A DNA stretch of 64,000 nt from Paraphysomonas bandaiensis. Its lineage: Eukaryota; Protista; Chrysophyceae. Under the pieces are notes generated by a model that was given only the letters and a program-made list of their open reading frames with translations, was not told the origin of the DNA and made no database searches. The translations under genes were made by a program, and so were the position numbers. Numbering within the stretch: the first letter of the stretch is position 1; every line of letters begins with the position of its first letter. The stretch is from contig CBFFRP010000236.1 in the NCBI GenBank assembly GCA_965644295.1, positions 124,001 through 188,000 of the forward strand, in the 5' to 3' direction. Positions 11,432-24,027 of this stretch are shown here, one piece after another.

Positions 11432-14400
11432 TTACACAATATCATTTTTGTGAATTCCCAAGTCATTGAAGAGTTTTTCACATTGCTTAAGCAGTCTTCG
11501 CTTCGTATCGCCTGCAGGAACTGTTTGTGCAAAGTATTTCCGCAGATTTCCAATCCGAGTACGACGGTGCACGCTATTTAGCTGGTCTTCAGAACAGAAA
11601 TATTGTCCACGGTTTGGGTTGAGCTTGCACATAGTCACATGTGCGTGGCAAACACTGCCATTCCGCTGAGCAGTCAGACACAGGCCACAAAAGTCTTGAC
11701 CACATGTACAAGTAACTGCGCAGCACCCCGAGAAATCCAAAAAAGCAGCCCCGCACGAAGGGCAACCGAGCGTGAGGATATTCTCGGCAATGTGGTGCAG
11801 ATATTGTCGACACTTATCGGCATTGCCATCTAGCATATCAGCACATGTATCACCCTTATGCGCGCCAACACATTTCTTGTCCCGGTCACAACAGTTCAAG
11901 CAATACTATATATAAGTTATATATGATATAAAACAGCACAGTGCGTTGAAGTGGCCGTGCCAAAAACAAAGATGTCATATCACATCCACTCACCTCTCGG
12001 TTACATTGATCACAAGCAGCAACAGTTCCACCCAGGGCAATTTCTTCTGTTTCGGATGTTGGAATTGTTATTCCCTCTAAATTCAATATCTGATTGCAGT
12101 CTGCATGCGGACAGTATCGCACTGAACGTTTGTGCTCCCTAACGTACTTGCTGATGGCCGCTTCCTTCAGTGCTGTCATTGCTTCGGGAGGGGCAAGAGC
12201 ATTGAGATCTGACAGAGCAATGAGTTGCTTGTTGCAGTCTAAGGAAAAGCATCGCATGGGAATAGTCACTTCTAATTTCTGTTCAATAAGAGCAAACTGA
12301 TACACTAAGCATGACGTACAGCCGCCATGGCCACACGCACGGTAATAGTATGGCTGATCCGGCTCACAGTAACAAATACTACACAACTCGTCATTGTGTT
12401 CATCCCCGGCCGGAACTTGGTTGTTAGTCGGCGCAACAAAGTCATTCTCTACTAACCATTCGCTCAGGGCAGATATGGCTTCCCCACTTCCAGTGACGTT
12501 AACCATTTGACCATTCACATAAAAGTTCGTGATGTTGTCCTTTAGTGGACTGCGCAAGGCCTTCCATGCACCAAGCACTGCTTTGCATTTGAATCTTTGG
12601 ATTGGAAAGGTACGTACCTCCTGAAGAGAGGCCAGACGTTCAATAACAGCAGAAATTTGTTCTCTTGCGGTATTAACCCTCTCGCTGGTACCATAAATAC
12701 GCACCATTCTGGAAGCATTGTCCCAGTGGAGATAGGTTACTTCATCAGATATGTCTACCATCGCCTTTCGACCGGGAGCAGAAAATAATATTTGCTTTTC
12801 CGTATCATTACGAGGTGTATAGACGACGTAATTCAGCACGGCACTAATTTTGTCCACAGCTTGGGTGAGAGTGTGCGCGGATCTACTTGACAAAAAGATT
12901 GTTGTCTTGGGCTGCACATTTCTCTGGCTTGCGACAACTTTCTTAGGGCGAGCGATTCGGCACTGAACACCTAATTGAATACGAACATAAGCCATCACTG
13001 ATTCGAAATCGGATTTGAAAAATTCCCACAAGGCAGTGTGAAAGTTGATGTTGCTGGAAAATTTAATCTCCAGACGAATAGGTTGACCATTCGATAACCA
13101 CATTGGCTGTCCTGATATACCAATCGCACTGGAGGCCTTCCACACCTCGACATTTGATGCCCACTCTGACTCTGCAAGCGGCACAATATCCGGGTGGTCA
13201 TACTGAAGATAAAATCCTGCCCGTCCCATGCGAGAAGGATCAAAGAAGGACGTACTGGAAACCAGGTGGTCTTTGCACGGAATAATGTCAGTAAATTGAG
13301 CTGTTTGGATAGTCAGTTCAGCTTCATCATTTTTCATAATGACATTGGTCATGTCACGTCGAACGCACACTTTTACAGGCTGTTCTATTACACCGGCCAG
13401 ATTGGGTGCGTGAATGGAGAGACCAAGAAAGGCATTCCAAATATCAACTTCATCAACTGCAGGAAACAAGCCATTCATCATTATACGAAAAGGCGGCTTA
13501 GCGGTGCATTCGTCAAACAAAAAGTTTTTCCGTCGCGTCCCTGCTGGTATTGGAGGCAGACATGCTGACAAGCGCACTTGTGGACCGAGTCCTTGAATGA
13601 CAGGACAATGGAGACCTTTATCACACAGTTGTAGTATAACATTAGCAGCCTTTGCTGAAGGGAAGTCGACCGATCCTTTACACTGACTAGGTGCAAGAGC
13701 CCAGCTCATGACCACCTGTGAAGTAGTGATCGTTTGAAAGCTACTTTGCTTCTTTATTCCTCCTGCACTTGTTCGTAACGTGCATCCATGCACTACTTCT
13801 CCTTGCAAATTCATACAGGCAGATTGTGCGTCCTGGACGCGCTTAAACGTGACCTTAGCGTATGCATATACCCGTGTATTCGCTTTCGCTTTATCTGTAT
13901 CTCTTTTGAAAGGGACTGTGAGCTCCAAATAACGAACTTCGCCAAATTTCTCGACTAATTTTCTCAGTTCCTCGTACGTGCTGTCTATATGCAAGCCGCT
14001 GATGTTTACAGAAATATATTGATCTTCAAAAAGCAGGCAGTCCACAAGACCACCAGCACTGTAAACAGCTCGCGTATTCCCAATAACGACTTCTTCTTCG
14101 ACTTCATCCAGCGATTGGCGTTGGGCACTCGAGATGAGTTCCTCGAATGTTCTCTTCAGGTCATCTACACGGCTTTGCGAACACCAAATTTCTAATGTAT
14201 TTGTATTTACGTCATACTGCAAGGAGCAATTGTGTTCCGTTTCTAAAGCACTTTTTTTCTGGGAAAATTTCCCGAGGATAACTCGCATAGTCCCAATTCG
14301 GACCGGCTGAATGACAACTTTTGTGCAAAGGGATGTCGCCAATCTCACTTTGATAATATCATCATAGAAAGCAGCAGATTCTTCTCGCACCCATTCCTCT

Positions 14401-17400
14401 TCAACAGGAGTAACGACATTCAAAAATGTTTTCGATGTTGTCATCATTGATGAAAAAACTAGAAACTTCGGGTACATAGAAACAGCAGCGGCACGAGACG
14501 ACATATTGTTAGAGAGCTTCGCAAGTGCGGATCCAGGTGATATTATTCCCGTCGTCGGCGCTGAATTTCGCAATACTTCATACTCACAATGAGATTTAGT
14601 CTGCACTGACAAATTAAGAAAGAGTGCCTTCAGTGAAAGTCGTTGGACCTCTGCTCCTGAAGGTTGAGCAGTTTGGTCGCGATGTGTCCAAAGTTCCCCA
14701 CCTTTAAAATTATTAAGAGTACGAATAATTTCCAATTTCGTGCTCTGAGCCATTCCCAGACTCTTATTATTCAAGCAATTCTCTCTGCACCAATTACGAG
14801 CTGCCTTGGAAGCAGCAAATTTACTAGCTCTTTGATCCCATGCAGCCATTGCAGATTGCACTGAACTCTTGCTCGTGACACTGGCGGCGTCATTAGTTGT
14901 CGTGACATCATAATTGTCAGTCTCGTCGTCGTCATCATCATCATCATCGTCATCGCTCTTGGCATCACCCGTTTTCATCTCAATTCCATCGGTATCCAAG
15001 GCTTTCAATCGTGCTTCACTCAACGTTACTTTGCCATCTGCATCCATGCGGAAAGATGTGTCTGATATATCACTGACAACAGAATTGTCGTCGGTTGAAT
15101 CGTCTACAATGCTAACAGTACCCTCAAAATCTTTCGCCAGTGCATCAATTTCAGAAGATTCTTCAAGGCTCAAAGTACTACCCACGGAGCTATCATCTCT
15201 AGCAGAAGGGAGATAAGACAGCAACTGCGCCTCCCACTGACAGTACGCACTATACATCGACATTACATCTCCGTGTGCACTACATAGAGCCAAGTGTTTT
15301 GCATCTGCAGCGGCTCGAGCATCTCCTGAACCTCGCCAGTAAATCGACGAGCTGACGGATATTACACCTACTATTGTGGCGGCAGCCATGCCTTGCCCTG
15401 CTTGACATGCGTGGTACAACATACGGACCATACCTGGGTCTATCTGTAAAGTCGCCACTAGTTCTCCAATTGTGGTGAGAGCATATCTTCCATCCAGAGA
15501 GCGCTCCAAGGCACCAAGATATCCCAAATCAATAATAGCTCGCTCCAGACCATCAGGGTCGGGCGACTCTAACCATTGAAAAGTCAAGGGGTCGATGCCC
15601 ATTGCTATCAAACTCACAACTGTGAGCTGCAGAGGCCGCGAAAGTATCTCGGCGGTCTGAGCGGCAGACATGGCTTCAAACTCATCTTCAGAATATAACC
15701 GATAGCACGTGCCAGAAGCTGTGCGACCCGCCCGACCCTTGCGCTGCACGGCACTACTCTTGCAGATTTCTTTCACTTCCAGAACAGTCACGTTGCGGCG
15801 TGCGTCGTAGCTACTCTCCTTGCATAAACCAGAATCGATAACGTGGCGAATGCCGTCAATAGTAATGCCAGTCTCTGCAACATCAGTGGCAAACACTACC
15901 TTGCGTTTGCCGTGAGGAGTTTTTTGAAACACTAACTGCTGTTCTTCAGGAAGCTGTTTGCCATATAATGCGAGTGACACAGCAGGGGCACATTTCAGCT
16001 TCACACAAATCGACGCGAATTGGTCACGTGCACGTTCTACTTCATCCTGTCCTGTTAAAAAGCATAAAATATCTCCGCTGCCGACAGACGTTCCCTTGTG
16101 CACTTCTATGGCCATTTGCACCACTGAATTGACATATTTATCTCGGGCGGCATCCCCCATTGGGCGATAGACTACATCCACTGGAAACATGCGGCCAGGA
16201 ATTTGCAATACAGGAGCCTGGAAAAAATATGCCGAGAACAGCTGAGCATCCAGAGTAGCAGAAGTTATGACAATTTTTACATCTGGCCAGCGTGTGTTTG
16301 CATGCATGTGGAGCATTCCTAAAATAAGATCACAAGTCAGAGATCTCTCGTGCGCTTCATCTATAACTATTGCCCCGACACCAGCGAGAGGATCTTCGCC
16401 CGCCACAGAGTCACTGCCAAATATCTGCCAGATAAGTCACAATTACAATTAGAACCAGTTCTTTAAAATGCAGAAGGATGATAGATACCTTTAACAGTGT
16501 TCCAAGGAACGTGCCCTCCGTCGTGTACTCTATTCTTGTTTTTCTGTTAGACTTCCTCATTGCACCCACTTTGTACCCAACAGCTTTCCCTACCAACCCC
16601 TCCTTGCCAAGGGACCACTCCTCAGAAACCCTCTGCGCGAGGGATGTTGCGGATACTTTGCGGGGTTGAGTGCAAATGACTTTACGGCTTGGACCCAGCA
16701 TTTCGGAGAGGTATTGCGGCAATTGGGTACTTTTCCCACTGCCAGTGGCGCCCTGTACTACAACGAATTGATTGTCAGAAACCGCTTCTTCGATTTGATG
16801 ACGGAGGCTTAGAGCAGGCAACGCTAGTTGCAGACGATATACTTCTCGCTTAGCTTGGTACTTAGATTCCTTCCAATATTTGCCCTGGTCTGCATCTCCA
16901 GCAGCTAATGTATCAGTTCGAATTTTCCTCAAGCATTCTGCCACAACACCATCAAAATTCTGCAACTGCTTCTTTAGTTCGTCGGCTTGTTTCTCAAGGA
17001 CAAGGAGTGCCTGCTCATGTTCCTGTTGCTGACTGACGTCGTCGTGCGGGGGCAGTTGCGTCATACGGAAAGACTTTATACAGACATCATGTAGTTTGTC
17101 TGTATGCTGGTGGCGAGCAGCCTTGATATCTCGATATAATATGCCCAGACCACGAGGGGATTTCTTGAGCAAAAGAGTCTCCAGTTCACCCGGCGGATGG
17201 AGGCGTCTGCAGGTCGCTGATGAGCAGTCTTTACCGTCAGGACACACTGCTGGTCGGCTCGCAGGGTGGTCAAATGCGCAGTCAGGATTTACACACTTTT
17301 CACCATTGTGGCAAGGCTTTCGATTTTTACTTGCCGCAACCGCATCAGTAGGAGATAATGCTACAATGGGTACCTCACCGTTATTCCCATATCTTTGAAC

Positions 17401-17712
17401 ACCTTCTTTGTGTTGAGTGGTTGATGGGGATGGAAAATGGGGAGGATTCTGAGCTTGAGGATGGATATCATCTTGATGCGATGAGTGTGAGTGCTCATCA
17501 AGTTTCTTTATAGGATGTAAAAATTTACATGTTGAATGTTTTTTCTTACAGTTTTGAGCATTCAAACATTGTCGAGTTCTATTTTTATGATGTCTGTGAT
17601 TACATTCATATCTAACACATTCTTTATATTGAGAACATAAAGGGACAGTATGTAAATGATTACAATTCTCATGAAAACATTTTGTATCATATAAACATAA
17701 TTGTTGTGACAT
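11432..17712 (-). CDS. CCCH zinc-finger / DEAH-box helicase / RRM-KH / RBR E3 ligase (plant DEAH11/12-like architecture), 3 exons, ~2050 aa
   Basis: Repeated C-x5-C-x4-C-x3-H fingers; GATGSGKST, DEAH, SAT and QRKGRAGR helicase motifs; RRM (YAKVTF); RING1 CSIC...CGHGGC, IBR YCPHADC and RING2 CPSC...GCCAVTCTCGQDFCGLC. Two short introns join ORFs 16411-17712, 11886-16406 and 11432-11899. Confidence 0.9.
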
Positions 17713-18447
17713 TATATTGAATTATATATAATGAGATCATTTAATGGGGTATCTACTCCTCCATATCCTCCATATCCTCCATATTATATCATTCATTACT
17801 CACTTTGATATGTTCGATTGACCAAAAAGGTCCTAGATTTGTCCAAATCTTTATAGATTTGGTCCATTTATTGGAATTATTTGGAAAATATACCAAAAGT
17901 ACTTTCATTATACAGAAAAATCCAATGAATTTAGTTTTATGTTGAAAGATCAATCAGATTATACATACAGAGAAGTATATTCACGTACTATACAGCAGGA
18001 GATGGCAATCGTTCTTCTTTTGTAGGATGTGCTATTGCCCAATTCAGCCCATGTTTTCGAATAGTGTATCCTGCTGTATTTGATCACTTCCACACTTCTT
18101 CCTTTCCACCAATAAACGGTATTATATTCAATATAATTGGTGTATATTTCTTTCAATGGTATAGTAACGAAAATATATATATATATACGAAATACCCTAC
18201 TAGACGTATCGGCATAGTTTGTTTATTTTTGTTCCAAGATGCCTCTAATATTGAGACAACAATTATCTGTATTCCAGCTGTAGTTGTATTTCAGGAATAT
18301 AGAGTATATTTGCTTCAATTTATTTCCGAAAAAGATGCTGACTGCCGATACATACACACACCCCTCATATATAGAGCCCTTATCACATCTAGATATCTAG
18401 ATATCACACAAGTCATTAAGTGATATCACCTACATACATACATACAT

Positions 18448-21078
18448 ATGTCAATAGATACATCATTAAATATATGTACATGGAATATTAATGGTATTAA
18501 ATCATTATGTATATATTATCATGGTTTAGATCATGTTCTCAATGATTTACATGCTGATATTATATGCTTCCAGGAAACTAAAGTAGCAACCCCTTTAGAT
18601 TATTATAACTGTATATCATTAAAATATTATAGTTATTTCTCACATTATCGTCCATCGAAAGCATATTCTGGTACAGCTACTTTTGTGAAGAAGACATTAC
18701 CAGTGTTGGCAGCACAAGATGGACTCTGTGGACGATATAGCTCGAATTCTGGAAATGATATGATACTTGAATTAACTCCTGATGAAGTAGGATATACAGA
18801 TGCCGAGTTAGGTCTTCTTGACTGCGAAGGACGGTGTATTATTACGGGTAAAGATAATACTCTACAGATTCAACGGTGTTTCATACCCTTATATATTGTA
18901 GACCACGGAGAATTTGTTCTACTTAATATTTACGCTCCAAACGCGTACACCGACGATACTGATAGATTCGATTTTAAGATGTGTTATCACCACTTGCTGT
19001 CGATGGCTGTGTCAAAACTTCAAAAATTAGGAAGATCTGTGGTAATAATATGTCTATGTCTCATATATATGTTAGTTGAGAGCAAGTTTTACTTTTAGTA
19101 TATGCTACATTTATTACACCCAGGTGCCTACTCTGATTGGTTATATTAGATTGTTGTGGGCGATTTGAACGTAACTGCAGCTCGAATTGACCACTGTGAA
19201 GGCAACATGTTTGATTACACAAGCGATTCGGACGATGGGATAGAAAGGAAACAACGGGTGCACACGTTTGAGGGTAGACCCACTGTTAGATGGATGCAGA
19301 GTTTATTAAAGGAGCCCAAAAGTGACAATTCAGGAGGACAATGCTGCGATCTTCCCGATACAGGTATGTTTGTGCTTCTGCATTGTATATCGTATCGTAT
19401 GTCAACAACGTATATACAGATCTTACTTATCAAGACAAGACTAGTGTGTGTTGTGGTCTTGTAGATACATTTCGTCGCATGCATCCTAGTAGGGAGCATG
19501 CATACACCGTCTGGAATACCAAAACAGGGGCAAGGAAGGTCAGTTGTAATGTTTCTGGAAGCTCTATAGCACCTTTCGCAGATTCTACATCCATTTGTGG
19601 CACAGTTATTAAATGTGCATTGTCTACTCCTTGTATTGATAACTACTGTGTGTAAGAGTAGTGTGTAGCCGCAATGTTTTTTATGAATTTGGAATTTTGC
19701 GAATATATTATTGCATTTGATAAAATATTTTAGACTAATTACGGCACAAGGTTGGATTATATCTTGATATCTAAAGACTTACTACCAAAATTGCTGAGTT
19801 GTGATATTCAGGTAGGATTGCAACTTTTGAGTTTTGTAGTCATGAATACTGTATGAATTATTTTTTATGTGATATTATTGGCATACAGCCAGAGACTTAT
19901 GGATCCGACCACTGTCCTGTGATCTGTACATTGCTCTGTATCCCTCCATCCTCTCCCACACTACCCCCCGCTTCCCTATGTACGTGTCATATACCTGGAT
20001 TCAATGCAAAGCAAGATACTCTCGCTGCTTTCCTGTCCGCTTCACAGAGTCAGCAAAACAATGGTGGTAGTCGATCACGAACCAGCAACGGAACTGATTC
20101 GTCCAGTTGGAACAAGAGCCTGGCATTGGGAGACAAAAGTTTATCTGCTTCCCTCATGCGAAGTTTTGTTGCTACATACAAGCCAACAGACACTAGTAGC
20201 ATTGGCTGTGATAATAGCAGTTGTATATCAGGAACTACAACTGTCAAATCTTGTAGTCTTGAAGCCCATAATGTACCGGAAGGACAAAGTAATTGCAGAA
20301 AGCGGGAATCAGTAGTTCAGCACCATAAAAATTTAAAGCGTGTGAATAGACAGACGAAGTTACCGTTTGGTGCAAGTACGTCGAGAACTAGCAATTCTGT
20401 GTCAAACGATAAAACGCACTTAGAAGCGGATGCTGGTAGTGTGGTTTCAGCAGAGGGAAGTGCTTTTCAATCAGCTACAAATGTGTATTCGACTGGTAGT
20501 TGCGTATATTGATAGTTTTCGTTTCGAGTAAAATTGCATTGTAGACCGGTCAACTACAGAAGAAACTAAAGACAAAGTACTTGCACCGAGCAAATCGGCT
20601 TTTTTGTCACTATTCTCTGCACCAATAGTTCCTAAGTGCCATGTGAGTAGTGTGACTTAACTGTGAATAAGATGTGAAATTATAAATGTTTGAAAAGGCA
20701 CATCGTGAGAAATGTGTTCTGCGCACAGTTATTAAGGATGGACCTAACATCGGACGTCGGTGAGTATATTATGTAGTTGTTCTCTTGGTTATATAAGCTT
20801 ATGTCTTCTATTGAATTGACATTTACAGGTTTTACTGTTGTTCCAGGCCACTTGGAGATAAGTCTAACCCAGAAGCAAGGTGTGATTTCTTCCAGTGGGA
20901 TGAGGTGGGTGATATGCGGAGTATGATACTTCTGACAAAGTTACTTGCTTACGGTGTATACATCTTTGTAAGCGTATGAATGTTTCCTATCAGCTTTCTT
21001 ATATTCGGCTACTAACAACTTGATATTTATACTCTGTAGAGGTCAAAACCGAAACCACAGACGAAAGGGAAGACCTGA
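18448..21078 (+). CDS. APEX2: AP endonuclease 2 (ExoIII family with C-terminal zf-GRF), multi-exon
   Basis: TWNINGI, CFQETK, YSGTA, EGR, NIYAP, GDLN, DTFRRMHP, NYGTRLDYI and GSDHCP motifs; later exons encode CHHREKC...VIKDGPNIGRRFYCC...CDFFQW (zf-GRF). Confidence 0.9.
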
Positions 21079-21404
21079 GCAATATCCCAACATCAGTCCT
21101 GCCCAACATGTAAAAGCAGTATATCTAGTGTAGATTTATGTGACTTCTTATGCTGTTTATATATGTAATTGCATTTCTTCGGATATGTATAATAATTACT
21201 ATGTAAGTATATATTATATATTATTGTATCTCATCGTACGTCTGAAATGCAAGCATGAATACGAGTATGCATAATCCATAAGAAGATATACAGCAATCTT
21301 GCAGATTAGTGGAGTACAATGCTAGTATGTTAAGACTTTAGCATTTCTACGTTTATAATTGGTAATGAATAAGTGTTATATTAGTACAGCGTGTAATGTG
21401 TTAT

Positions 21405-23250
21405 ATGTATTCACGCCCATTTAATCGATGAGGATTGGACACTTGCGACCGTAACTCTTGCTTGTGACCATTTTTTTTCAGGGGAACACAGGTCTGAGCA
21501 TATTGTTCAAAAAGTTAAGCAATATCTTCATAATTAATTTTAAATGAGTCCAATAATAGCATATTAGACTCCTTCAGCATTAATTATGAAGATGTAAGCA
21601 TATTTGGACTCATTCAAAATTATTGATGAAGAAGTCGTTTGCTGTATTACTGAGAATGAACCCACTATGAATGGATGGGATGCTTGACCATATCCTTAAG
21701 TTAGTGTCAAAAGCCCCATTCACGGCAGATGGTGTATGCGATGTACTGAAGGCTGTTTGTGAAGTGCTAACTCAGTTCACGAATTCAACACAAGCATCAG
21801 CTCATTTAAAGAACATGCAGACGCATTTGAAACATCGCTTACGCAATCTGCTGTCAATGGGACTTTGTCTTTAACTCAAGAATATGAATAAAGCATCCCA
21901 TCCATGGATAAGTCATAAGGCCGGCTTCAGTATTCATTTTGTGGGTTCATTGTCAAAAACACAGCAAACAACATCTTCATTTACTTTCTATACCTGTAAT
22001 GTTCCTTAAATACATCATCTGACATGCTATATATCTTATTAAAGACATTTTCACGAGGACGATGACCATTCCGAACACGACCAATTATTCGATATCTACG
22101 ACAACATATTCACTTCCACAGCTTTATGCGAATACAATGTGCCTGATTGTGAATCAAATCATAATCATCTATTACATTGTTGTTTACATGAAATCAGGAA
22201 AACGATTAATCCAGTGTGGCAGTATTTCGGGTTTTACCCAACAGTAGTGAGTGATAAGAACTACATTGTGGTTTGCAAAATATGCCACGAAAAATACAAA
22301 GAAGATATGAGTGTCAAGCCAAATAAATGGGAGGTGACCTACAGCGCTTCTAGGAGCACGTCAAAATTGGCCACTCACTTGCAGAGCAGGCACCGAAAGG
22401 TATACCAAGACCTGTCTCGTGAGGAAATTGGTGATAGTACGTCTGGCACAAAGCACCCTTTCTTTAAAAGTTGTAAAGAAACGGTTCTTAAGAACCAACG
22501 AGAAAAGTACTTGCGATGGGTTGTAGAGTCCATAAAAACCTCTCGATGAGTGCAATGATCCCCACCGTAGAGAATACATTGAATCTCTGGACCCAAGGAT
22601 TATTCACGAAGATCGCCACGACGATACTAGAAGATTAACAGATAAAGCAGTAACTATGCGTGCCAAAGTTAGGAACATGATTCATGGTCAAAACGTCTCA
22701 ATTACCACGAATTGTTGGACGTCGCTCGCGTATCACAGTTATATCGCAGTCACCGTCCATTTCATTGATGAAGAGTGGAAACTTGTGACCCTAACTCTTG
22801 CGTGTGACAATTTTCCAGGGGAGCACAGGTCTGCACATATTGTTAGTAAAGTAAACAGCATTTTAGACGCTTTTAAAATTAATCACGACGATGTGGTGTG
22901 CTGCGTAACTGACAATGAGCCGACGATGAATGCGGCAGCGAACCTCATGACGTACTCATGGATGGGATGCTTTGATCACATACTTGAGTTAGTGACTAAA
23001 GTCCCATTATCACAAGATGGCGTTAACGATGTTTTGAAGGCTGCACGTGAAGTGATAGCTCAGTTCACCAACTTAACACAAGCATCAGCTCGTGTCAAAG
23101 TCCCATTGACAGCAGATTGCGTAAGCGATGTTTCAAATGCGTCTGCATGTTCTTTAAATGAGCTGATGCTTGTGTTAAGTTGGTGAACTGAGCTATCACT
23201 TCACGTGCAGCCTTCAAAACATCGTTAACGCCATCTTGTGATAATGGGAA
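21405..23250. pseudogene. Scrambled hAT transposase relic (BED finger plus DDE fragments in both orientations)
   Basis: BED finger NPVWQYF...CKIC...TSKLATHLQSRH; SITTNCWTS (catalytic D changed to N), YIAVTVHFID, VTDNEPTM, GCFDHIL; frameshifts and several inverted partial copies. Confidence 0.85.
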
Positions 23251-24027
23251 GTTGAGTGTTCGATGCTCGCGTATCTGCATCCTTTGTATTTTGTTCCAAG
23301 ATGACCGGCCTGACTGATGGGTCCGAATGGCTCGGCTTCGGCCTACGTCTTATTGGCATTCACATATCCATGACTATCTGACCATTGAATAAATCTGACT
23401 ATTTATGTTGTTCAAAATCCTTGTTATTTCGATACATACTGTATATACATATATATAAATCGGGGATTTTATACAAAAATCCCCGTACCAAGCCTAAATT
23501 CATCCACTATAACGGGTATATCCACCATAACGCGAACTGACTGTACTGTAGTCAGTATACTGTACCATATACTGTCCCTACAAAGAGTATGAAACTGCCG
23601 TTATCAAAATCAAATCTGAATACTCCAAAATATATATAAAAATCCCAGTTTCTAGAAATAAAAAATGCCAAAATTGAAATTTCGATGATATATATTGCAA
23701 CAATATAGGAAATGAGTTAAAGGAAATGTTATAAGTTGGTCACTGAATTATATTGCTGTGAGATTATAATCACACGGAAGGACGTGTGTGGCATATTTCT
23801 CGATACTTTGTATTGGTAATAGTTTTCTTATTAGTAAACTAATTGGGAGGATAGACTTATAGAATGTATGGTATATTCGATCTGTATTTTTGAAGTTAGA
23901 AAATCACACTTCGAAGAAAGTTCTATTCGCGTACTCCAATTTATATACATTGACACGAGTGATCTATAGGGATTATCCATACGAGTGATCTATAGGATTG
24001 TACTGTTCTTGGGTTCATTATGTTAGA

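Noticed and set aside
11951-17398. Many short plus-strand ORFs over the helicase gene (similarly over OYE, SLX4 and the NLR-like gene)
   Set aside because: Antisense or off-frame shadows of long coding regions with no motifs.
23490-23546. Tc1/pogo-like terminal sequence (minus strand TACAGTCAGTTCGCGTTATGG)
   Set aside because: Only one end was found, with no partner TIR.
23660-24027. 5' exons of the C2H2/FHA gene, or TGA readthrough
   Set aside because: No convincing spliced start could be built by eye; other genes use TGA as stop, so no code reassignment is supported.
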